In this document: piece by piece, positions 26,707 to 38,700 of the stretch
Layout: each line of letters begins with the position of its first letter
Numbering within the stretch: position 1 is the stretch's first letter
Origin: Tubiluchus corallicola
Taxonomy: Eukaryota; Animalia; Priapulida
Length of the DNA: 64,000 nucleotides
Direction: 5' to 3'
NCBI GenBank assembly: GCA_030141605.1
Contig: JAQGDQ010000167.1
Span: 273,877 to 337,876 of the forward strand
Notes under the pieces: generated by a model
What the model was told of the DNA's origin: nothing
Database searches by the model: none
Seen by the model: the letters and a program-made list of their open reading frames with translations, nothing else
Made by a program: the position numbers and the translations under genes

Positions 26707-29700
26707 CTAAACGTATAAATTGTAATTAATGAAAAGGATGTTATTGTGTACAACAATTATGGATTTTATATGGAAACCATGCAGGTGGAAACCGTCCACT
26801 AAATGACTAACTATTAACAAAAGCGGCGTTCATCCACGGCTAGGTAGCTCTTGCGGCACCTGAGAACACTGCTAAACTGTTGCATTATGTACCGGAGTTG
26901 ACCATCAGGTGACCATTATTGTGTACAATAACACGGAAAAAGTTTTTACTTGTGTTTTTCCACCGCTGACTTGCTTGAGTATCCATGGTGATTTAACGTG
27001 TTTTGGCACTTTTGCAGCACTCTAAGCAACACAGAGCAAAATTATGAGTTCGAACCTACACTAATGAATATTCCAGTTGTCAAATGCAGCGTGAAGCTTA
27101 TCTGTTTAACACATTCCTGAATAGGACAACCCTGTACTGTAGTTGTTTGCCATGATCATTGTTAATTAGGTGTTACATATTTTCACACAGTAGCAAACAA
27201 TAGGGTTTCACACAGTAGCAAACAATAGGGTTTCACACAGTAGCAAACAATAGGGTTTGCACATAGATTTATGCAAAGCGGTTTTCATGTAAAAGCATCC
27301 CACTTTCGTGTCTCACACTATTAAATGTGTGCTTGCATAGCAAAATAGTCCATAAATCGACAATTAACATTTTCTACATACCCTGAATCTCCATCTTATG
27401 AGGATCTTTTTGATACCAAGCTCATCGCTCTACGTTATTTTTAACCTGAGATAATCCATGTTGAAGTTGAGGTGCAGGCTATGCAGTGAAAAACATAATA
27501 TTTAGAAAATTGCTGTTAAAGTCAGCCATTGTTTTTTGTCGCGTCTCTACAAAGCACTTAGCAACCGTACGAAAGTGCGGTTGCTACAGGAATTGCAAGA
27601 GCACAATGAAGTTATGTTTACATTCAGTAGATGTCTCTGCTATCGAGTTTGAAAATACAAGTTTTTTACAATTGCAGTACTAGTTTGTAAGCAGAGAAAT
27701 GGGCACGGGGTTATAAAATTAAATTTTTAGTATTTTTTAACATTTTCTTGATAATTTAATGGTATTAATATAATATATCAAATCGACATTTGATGCACAA
27801 ATTTTGGTTCATTCTACTTTGAAGCATCATAACGTAGTTTTATTTATGCCGACTTATGGACGATTTTGGTTTGCATGCACACATATAGTAAAAGTTTGCA
27901 AAGTGATTAGAATAATTTTAAATAAACATGTAAAAAGTATCTATAGTAGGTCCTTGCTTAATGACTCCCTGCTTACCGACGCTGAACATTTGACACCTTT
28001 TCCTCACTTAACGACACACGTTTCATTTTAATGACGTTTTTTACTTTGCCCAAAATCATTTTTTATTTGATCAAGAACATTTCCAAAAACATACTAGTTG
28101 GCACATACCCATCATCTGCTTCGACCGTGCATCCACGTCCACGTCCAGCATCTCCGCCTGCCGACTTGGATCCGGGCTTGTTGTTCCGCTTGCCTTTGTT
28201 TCCCTGTTTGGTTTTAGATTGTAGTAAACAAGAATCACTTTTTCTGCACAAGCAAACGTCTGTCTACACAGACTGCAAGGTGCTGCAATAACTCAACTTA
28301 CATTCAAACCAGTTTTTGAAAAACATTTAAAAGTTGAAAGCAGTTAATCTTTATTTAAAAGGGTAAACAAAGTAATCAAACTTAATAAAGTAAAAATAAT
28401 CCAATATCCAAGAATAACTTAATGCTAAAAGAAAAACCAATTGAAAAATACAGGGTGTTGCAAAAGAAACTGTGCAGTAGAAACATGGTAGTATATTTAA
28501 TTAAATTATATGTTTAGGAAAATATGAAATATGTCTCTGCGATCTTGTATATCAGATTCATGGAGAGGTGTATACAATGCATCCGAATATGGCTGAGTCA
28601 CCTCTGTGGTTCATTGGGTTATTCATTGGGATTGGAAAGTTACCCTTGATAATGAATCGGGTTCCAGTCACTCCACAAACAAATCTTTGAGTAAGTCCTG
28701 CCTTTGAGTGCTTTCCAGCATGAAGTGCGACCAAGAGTATAAAAAGCATCAGTCTAGTTCTACTGCACGGTCCTTGTGAAACACGTATAAATAAGCATGC
28801 ATGCCATATTTACTCGTTTAAGCGCCCGTGCCTAATTAAGGGCCCGTTCAAATAAACGCTCAAGAAAGCAAGATGAAAGAATAGAGTACCCGTGTCTGAG
28901 TAACTGCAGATCGATGTATTGAAAAACCTATGCCAATCTCAGCTCAGGTGAAACTTTACAATTGTACCAGCATGATAGGTACACACACCTTCTAACGGAT
29001 GATAGGTGGTGAGGCATCAACGGGTAAAGCAAACAAGTGCTGCAATATGCTCAGCTTCAGCACAGCACAAGCACAGTGAAAGTGAATTATATATGGGATC
29101 GGCACATCCCTGACCCTAAGCACATGCTTATTTTGCTTATTGGTTAATGCAGAGCTGCTGGCATACATAAGGAATAAAGGTTTTGAAAAATAATAATTAG
29201 TTTAATTAAAAAAATAAAGGTCTGGGCTCTAAAGGAGTAAATACGTTACTTAAAGTAATTAAAACACACCTGTGAGCGACCAACATTTGCAGGCCTTCCT
29301 CCTCTTGCTCTGGAAGAAAAGTTTCGGCTACCACCTCTAGATGAAACAATAAATTATTCATAAGGTATTATTGTTGCACTAAATTAAACGTGACACTAGA
29401 GGGCTGTATGTATGAGATAATCTAACAATCATCAGATAGGCACTACCTAGTTACCTACCAGACGAGCAAGGATGTAAAAACGCAACAAAAGCGTAAAGCT
29501 AAGGTTGGCATTTTGGGATTGAGACATCAGTACAGTGAGATAGGAGACGAAAAAAATTGTTACGTCATGTCACTGTCAGGTCACAAATGTGTATGAGCTG
29601 GCGTGAACCTTGTACTAATCACTTGACTCTTATTAACCACAATGGATAAAAATAAAATCCATTAAAATTTGCACAAAATCCAAAAGAATTTCCTGATTAA

Positions 29701-32700
29701 TGAAGCTTAAAAATCCATCACTCTCAAGTATAATTTATAATGACATTGTTGCTTTTTAGAACATTCCATATGAGAACAGTTCTAGCGAGTTTTTGAACAC
29801 TGCTGATATCTATCAAGTTTTAAAAACAAAAGCTAAGTCAAATTAAAACCGGTCAAGTTTAGCAGAAGATTATTTTCTCTTATCTAAAAATTACGGAATC
29901 ACTTTTGCATCAAAAACGTTTCTTCAAAAGCATTTACGTTTAAAGGAAAAAAAATCAACTGACCTTCTCATTCCGCCAACAGAGGTCACCTGTGGTGAGA
30001 TGTGCATGCCTCGGCCTGTGCCAGGAAGATTAGCCCCCCAATTGCCTACTACAACGCCAGCAATTTCCAGCTTACCACCACGAGAAAGAAGCGACCGTTT
30101 GCCTGCATAGACAGGTGGACCTTTAGCACAAACAAAAGAATAACGATAAATTAGTGTTAGTAGTGCAAAAGTACATCACAAACAAATGTGTGCAGCTCAA
30201 ATAAGACAACAAATTTTGAAAGCAAAGACAACGAACAGCATGCAATGTATTAGTGTTTGTAATACAAACTTATATTCGCTTATATAATTAAAACAGAAAT
30301 AATTTTCTCTAAATATTAATATACCTTAGCCATAATTTGTAAGGGAACTCATTTTACATCACAGTTAGGTGAACCACTAATAAGAATGATGTCATTTAAC
30401 AGATACAATTCTTTTCCTCCACATTACCACTGTATTCTATCTGCTTACACAGTAAAGCTTTTCAAAACTTGAATTTTTCAAAAATATATCTACACAACAA
30501 TTTGGCTCATTATAAACATTACAAATATACAATTACAATTATTGACCACTGATTGCAAATGATAGCTAATACAGTAGGTGCCACTTAATAGACTCATGGT
30601 TAATAGACTCAATTGACTAATTGACTCAAAAATGCCTGGTACGGGCCACTTCTATTCAAATGTACATAAAAACTGTCAATAATTGCCTCAAATAACTCCA
30701 CATTATTGACTCAACATTTTTGTTCACATGCTTCAATAAGACACTTTCGTGCGACTAATAAGCTTTCATGACTTTTATATCATCTTAACTCGCATTTGTA
30801 CTATAATATACATAGAAACAATCATGTTAAGTACCGTTTTGTTTGTAAGCAGGAAAGTTTATCATATGCTAATATGTTAGCCTAATGGTTTGCTTTGACC
30901 CCCCCCGCATCCATTACTGCAATCAACCTCGTTGCTCAAGAATTCCTGGAAGCTCAACATTTAATCACTTGCTCAGTAGTTTGCTTTTGAAGCTCTGGCT
31001 GTCTTTGCCAGAAAGTTTAATTAGTTAGATGTAGCTGTTATGCCAGGGACGCAGGTACAGTACAGTAAGACGTTACGTTAGCAAGTGGGATCTTAGACGA
31101 AACTACAGACAAACCTACTTGTGGGAAAACACTGGCTCCACCAACAGCTTAAGCACGCCAAGCACCAAGTATTTTACGAGAATTTGTGAATCATACAACA
31201 AAAGATTTTCAACGCTTTTATCATTATGAGAACTTTGTGAGCCAACTTCTTCGCTACGAAATGAAGCAGCCGACTTTAAGGAATTTTTATAACTTTTGCA
31301 AATAAATAGACTTAGACTTGTGTGATTTAGAAAAGCAAACTTTTTAATTTATTACTAATTCACTTATATAAATTAATATTTTAAAATATTTTTTTAAATT
31401 TTTAACTGAACAAAGGAATTTAGGCATTACTTCATTTCCAAAATTAAAATTTTCATTAAAAATCTTTGCAGTGCATAGTAAGCTGATGACTTATACTTTA
31501 TACCAGCAATACTACACCCATCGGTTAATTTGGTTAAAACACTTCGGTCCCAAAGTGAGTCTATTAAGCGGCGTCTACTGCACTAAATAAATAAATAAAT
31601 AAAATAATTGTGTCATTTACAGTCTTACAATTAACATTTGTACTATATTGTAAGAAGGCACAATTATAAATTGAGTCAAGAAATTTCCTTCTAACTTAAT
31701 ATGTCATTAGTAGAAGTCTTGGAACATCTAGCAGGATAATAGATATAAATACGTAAAAAAGTAATCATGAAATCTTTGCATGGTAGCTGTACAAATTACG
31801 CATAGAACTCAATAATGACCAATGGACCGCAATGTTAACACAACACAAACAACAACAAACTATATAGTGTTGCAGATACTAACACAGGCCAATCAATAGT
31901 GACAGAAATGCTAGTGTCAACAAACTAAGCAAGAACAGTAGAGCACACAAATTTCAATGATAAATAATTATCACAATATAAACAAACAAAATAAAGAATT
32001 CTCAACAATGATAAGAATTGACACATCTGACATTAACTCCTTCAGGACCGTAAGTGTATGCTGTATTTTACATGGGTTCATGAAAAAGTGCTCTCACTAA
32101 GCAGCGATTGCATTATATTTAGTAATTTTTGTAGGTTTCTACTCCTCACACAATGGATTTTCATGCAAAATTATACGTAAAATCCATTTGCTTACCTTAG
32201 ACAAATTAAAAATCAATTTTTGACAAAAAAGGAAAAAACAATTAAGCAAGTACAGTGTTTGCACTGTAACAATGTACAGTATCGCGTGTGTGAAACTGGC
32301 TAATGCACAAATATTCAACTTAATTTCTCCTTAGCTAATCAGCTGGTTTTCTCAGAATTCTGTACACAAAGGGTTCTCTTGGGCTGTAGTAAGCAGGCGA
32401 TCAATAAAATAGTGTGTATGATCATGCAAGTGTACACCAGACTAAGCTACTCAATAGAGTAAGTTGGAGTGCCCGTAAAGGGAGTGTCTTTCTTAATTTT
32501 ATTCCAATTAAATCACTTATAAATGTTTAAACAAATGGCATGATTGCATAGCCGAGATTCTCCTGAATAGAACAGTACGTAATTTGTAATCATTTAGTTA
32601 TGCCTGTGCTCATACTATAGCAGAATCATAGGTCTTATAAGACATATATAGAATGGTGGCGGTCCTGAAAGAGTTAAGAAAATGCAACCAGCTGCCTTGA

Positions 32701-35700
32701 AACTTATTCCAACTGGTGCTTATCATGCAATGTTAGTCTTGAGAGTAAGCTTCAACAAACTTTTATTCATTCTATATTAGGCAAATTAATTTATTGAGTT
32801 ATAAATTAGCCTCAGATGTACCAGTCAGTCACTACAGAATATTGCTGTATCAGACTGGGGCGGTAAATCAATCATCATTTTAGCTGAACTCTGTTATCCT
32901 CTTATGATTATAGACTTATGGGGTCATACCTGTCATAGCAGCTACCCGGCCTCCCCTAGACAAAGGCGGTGGAATTCCACGTCCGATGGCCAATGGATCG
33001 GTACCAGCGGTGAGCAAATGAAGAGGGAAAGGTGGCGGGCTTGGATACAGTCCCATTCCTGGCATTCCTGGAAGCTGCGGACGCGCGAAGACATCATCGT
33101 ATCTTAAACCCTGCAAAATGGCCTGCCTCATTCGTTCCACCTTTGCCACCTGTTCAACCTGGTGTAACAGCAAAAAATAGTTTTGACCAGGGGCGTATTT
33201 GCCAACTGACTGACTAGGCTTTAGCCTAGGGTGCCAAATTCTGAGGGGAGCCAAATTTTAGAGGCCAGGTGATAAAAAGTTCTTATTCTCCTCCGAAAAT
33301 GCGAATCCTTTCATATTCATCAAAAGCATATGTATTTTGTGATACATCGCAAGCAGCTCTGCTATCAGCTTTTATACAGGTGCTATATGGCAAACAACTA
33401 CGAATACATTCCATAAAAGGCACAACACCCCAGACAGTTGCGCAGCCTGCTTTCGATATAAGTGCTATGCAAATTTATGTAATTAACAATAATCACCTAC
33501 GTAATAGTGCTCTTAATACACCACACACAAATGTGTGCATGGCTTCATAAGGGATATTGGCAGGACAGAACTGTCAACCTAGGATGTCATAATGTCGCGA
33601 TTCTGCCGTGATTTTGACTCTTGCATAAATATAAAAACAGCCCTCCAAGATTAGTGTGGTAAAGCAAAAAAATGTTGTTCACTTCAAACACAGAAACTTT
33701 TGTGATACTGGTGCAAATTTAGTTCCAATGTGCATAAATGTCAGATGGCTTTTCGATCATCTGTGAAATAAATGAAGTAAAAAATGCAACTTGGTGAACA
33801 AAAAAACGGCAACAACAGCTGCCTTAAAGAAATATTATTGCACTTTAATCAAACCTATCTCAAGAAAAACTGTAGCAATTTTGTTGATAACAGTTTTGTC
33901 ATTGTTTCACACCTTGTTAGCTTCATAAACACTTCCATAAACAAATCATTTTCATGACCGAAACATTGACAAACTGTGGATCCAAAAAGTTATAATAATC
34001 ACTTACACTGCCAAATATTCGGAAAACTATATATTTCTCATTGGTTAAAATGCAAGACATAATTTTGTAGTACAATATGCAAGGCTTCTGTTGTACAGTT
34101 ATTAATCCTCAACCACCTGAAAGCGGGTGTAAAGACATAAGGCACCATTATTTAGTTATAACATATTGCCATGAAGCAGCCACTGCCTCTTCTCTTCTGT
34201 GTATATTTAAATAGTTAGCTGTCTACTATAAGCAGATATCATTCGAATTGTCATGTATCACTTATTTTGAATATAATACGAATTACAACTCAGCAGGAAG
34301 TGTTTTTACAAAGGATTAAACACAGAAATGTATAACATTTGTATGCTAACACGTAATTTATACCACAGAATACTGAATTTGTATGACACCAAAATTGTAT
34401 TGGTTTATGCTTCTGTGTTGAGGTATGATGGCTGCAAGAAATTTCCGCTAGTTAAGTGTGCCTGGGGTATAACAGTAATCGAGTGGTTGAGTGATTAATA
34501 GCTCCAGTGGTTAAGGCAGCCCAAAAGTCTGTCCCTTATGACTACCCAACCAAATTCAGCATTCCCAATGTTACATTATTCGCATTAGAGTAATTCCAAC
34601 TAATTTTTATTTGGCACCTTGCACTGTCTTGATTACTAGGGCATATGATGACCTAATAGTCTAAGATGTCACTTTTGCAAGCAGAAGGTCCCTAGTTCAA
34701 ATCCATTCTGTATTCAAACTTTTTCGCATTTCCCGTCTTTGAAGTTTGGCATCAAAACTTAATTAGCTGTGGACTTGAAGCATCATTGATAAAAAATATT
34801 GACATTAAGTTTATAATAAGTATTTAGTGTTACTACAATTCACAGCAGCATTACCTGTCCTTCACATAAGTCCACTAGTGGTTTATTGTTCGACGCTTTT
34901 AGCAACCGAGAGTGAAACAGCTTCCCATCAAAATACAACCATGGAAAACAGTTGTGCACGGGAATGGGGGCGCCACATGCATCATTGGCGAACAGCGCAT
35001 GCTCGACGCCGCTCATAAACAGAGCAGCAAGATGGACTCCTCGCACAGTGACCATTGGCAACTGCAAATTAAAAGAGGAAAAGAGTGCTTATGAAAGAGA
35101 CCCTGGATGAATATGTAATCTTTAAAAATGGCTGGTTAGTTGTTTTTATTCCAATAATAAACAAAAGGAACACAGGAAATGCCTGTCAGTTGCATAACTT
35201 CCAGAAAAACCTCAGCAAAGATAAAGGACTTACATAAATAAGACTGAATACAACAGCATGTACAATCCATGTCAGTCATAATATAAAACTGATTACTTTA
35301 ATAAACCAACTGAGTAGTCTTAAATAATATAGATTAATACTCGCAAAATTAAATTTTTAATGGCAAAAATAAGTTCAGTTTATGACACCAAATCTCATAA
35401 TTAAGAAAAAAGGAGAAAATGCGACATTTCAAACCACATTAAACTACTAACAGGTGAAAATTAGAAAGAAAAAATGACTAAATACCGATTTTTTTGGGAG
35501 TTACCTATTTCATTTCTCAATTTTTCACCAGACGATAAACTACAGTGATGGTTTGAAACATTTTACTTTTTAGGTTTTTTTGATCAGTAAAACAAATTGA
35601 ATTACATGCGTTAAAGCTTTATACTAAAGACAATTTTTCAGTACTGTTGTCAAAATCATGCAAAAAAGGCAAACTTGATTTTGTTGAATCTGAATGGCCA

Positions 35701-38700
35701 CAAAGCATATATAACTTCAGTCAATTCATCCACAGCCAAATCGCAAATCGGTGTCTTCAATGTCGCGTATGATAAACTGAATAAAAAACTGACAACAACA
35801 CAAGAGTGGTACGTGTAAGAGATGTACACTGGTACCTTCATATTTTGCACAGTTTCCACGTCAACAAGCTGAGGAGAGACGGCTTGGGCTAGAAAAGCAT
35901 CCAGTTCGTGCTTCTGTAGTATTCGCCTGTGTGGATGCTGCAACATAAACCTGAAAACAACAAAGTAAACAGTGCAAAGAAAAGAAAGGTAATAAACACA
36001 TATCACGTAAACAAAAATGTAAAAGATTTCAATATTTCTGTAAAAAAAGTATACCATTTGCAAACATGCAGTAAAAGAAGTTGAGCACATGAACTTACAC
36101 CCTACTTACAAATGCAAATACAAGAAAACAAATACCAAAAAAGTAGGCCCAAGAACTGTACACGCATATATATACAGTGGACTCTCGTTACAAGAATCAC
36201 ACGTATAAGAATCAGCTCGATAAAAGAATCAAAATCGCGTTTCCCGAATTGATTCGGCATTTTCCTAGTGAAAATCCGCTCGTATAAGAATCACCCTTCT
36301 TTCGATAGTAGAATCAATTTTGGCGCCAACTCCATTGTCTCTCACGCCCTGCTTACAAGGTTCTGCGCAGTGGGCGCGGCAGAAAAAATTATGTGCATTA
36401 AAAATTTTTTAAGGCAATTCTGGCATCATGAAATATTTACCCAACCATGAAATGAAAACATTAGTCTAGTAATTTTTAGGTCCTTTTTAGGCCAGAAAAA
36501 CGTTATGCTGTTTCATGTCGTTTCTAGCGTAATTTCGGGAAATAAATAATTTTTATGTGCATAAAATTTTTTTAAGCAATTCTGTGTCATGCTCGTTATA
36601 AGAATCGCTTGTTATAAGAATCACTTTGCCTTCTCCCGAGGTGATTCTTATAACGAGAGTCCACTGTATTACAAAGAAAAGGAATTAGTAAATCTTCGAC
36701 AAATACGAATAAGAAAAGAAACAGCTCTAACTGGTGAAGTTATACAATTATGTTCGATTTCTGATTAAGTTTAACTGGATTTAAGTAACGACATTTCTAC
36801 CTTTTCTTCTAAAGCATGTGGTTCGTTTTAGTGATAACTTGCCAAAGTAAACCTTGTTAGGCTGAAACGATCAGCTTCTTGCCTAATTTGACGAGATAAT
36901 AAGTAAAAAAAGGCACAAGTGATTGACATTTTAATTAAACTTCACAATTGATAATGCTGCAAAATTTATTCAAAAATGAAAATTATTTCAGGAATGACAA
37001 GCTTCAGACAGACCAATCAGTCAGTACAGCTTTCACTGCATCAGACTGGGGCGGTAATTTAATCATCATTAGCTACATCATTTTCAAAATTCTTTAAATT
37101 AAAAATTCCTTTTCACAGTAAAAATGTTTCAACACATGCCTACATCGAAAGACTCAACTGATATCATTGTTTACCTGAAAAACAAAACCAAAGTAAAATC
37201 GAAAATAGTTTAAAAGTTTTCTGCATGGAAATGATCTACCACATCAGGGAGAAACCGAGACTATGATAATTGCAGAATTATAGGACATCAACAATTGTTT
37301 AAACTGTTAAGCAACAAGCACAAGACCACCTGAAGTAGTGGCGGGACTGATTGCTGATTTATTTCCGATAATTGATTGTCTTTTCAGCTGCTGATGCAAC
37401 TCGATTACATTACCAGTACGATCTTCTATCTATTTTTTTTGAAAATCCACAAAAATCCCACCACAAATATAGCCATCCATTGAAGCACAAATGTTGCGCA
37501 GTAATTTAGATCGCTGATGTCACCGCTTAGACGCAAAGGTTTCTCAAAAACTAACTTTTGATGTTCATGTCTGCCTAAATGCCATCTTAGCAATTATAAT
37601 CGATCATGAAATCTGTGTCACATCTGACTAATCAATAATAAAAACACAACTGATGTCCTGTACTATCATGGAGGATGCAGGACACTGCGAAAAAGACGCC
37701 ACAGTGTAAATGCTAAATTGAGGAGTTTTTAGTTTCTTGCCAGTTCTAGACGAAACACTCAGATGTTCACACATTTTTACTTCAATGTGAATGGACATTT
37801 TTGGCTTGGTAAGGCAGCACTGCACCTGCTACACTGAAATTTACAACAGACCATAAGAATGCGGGTATTTTGTCTTTAAACGGAAAGAAAGAACCTAAAC
37901 TACTGCCAATGTTTAAGCACTTTGACAGAAAACAATTCTACAAAGAAAAGATCTTGCAAGTTTGTTAAAGTATACAAACCTGAGCACTGAACAGAGTAAG
38001 ATATATTGTAGTGGTACGTAAGAAGAGTTCAGCATCAATGGAACATCTGATCGCATGCAGGAGAAGAACGCTCTTAGTCGCCTAGACAACAAACAATAAG
38101 CATTAGAATACTTTGATATTTGGCAGACTTACTAAGGGTTGGGTAAACTTGAAACAATGAACTAACAATGTAAATCTTAATTAGTAACTCAGGATCAGCT
38201 TCTTTATGAATTTTAAGAGTTTATTTCAAGAGTTTATTCATTTTCCAAATTTACATTTTCCCATTTACATCTTAATGACTGTATTTTTATTGAAATGCTT
38301 TTAAAAACATGTTTAGCTACCTAATAAAATACCTAAAAATGTTTGATATGACAGAAACATGATAGTGCATTATATTACAAGCAACAGTATTATAGAGACA
38401 ATTCCTCTTAAAAAATTTATTACGTAAACACCTTAAATAATGTATATGTTATGGTTACAGAGCAGATTCACACAAGAATTCTATAAAAACTGATTTCATT
38501 TTGAAATCAAACTTGAGCGAAAAAGGAAAGTTGAAATGGAACACAGCCTGTGTTTGAACTAGGGACCTCTCACTTACAAGGTGCAGAAATAATGGCTAGA
38601 CTACTGTGCCACAGTCTTAGTTCATTTCTTATAGCTGGTTAATCAATTTAGCATTCTGAAATTTGGTTTGCTCATGTTAAAATAGTTACTAACTAACCAG

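Noticed and set aside
28666-28740. Loose resemblance to U5 snRNA (atactcttgg..., ttactcaaagattt, gtggag)
   Set aside because: The invariant loop I GCCUUUUAC and an Sm site are absent.
34639-34705. Functional tRNA gene
   Set aside because: A and B boxes are degenerate and no acceptor or anticodon stems form; treated as a SINE head.
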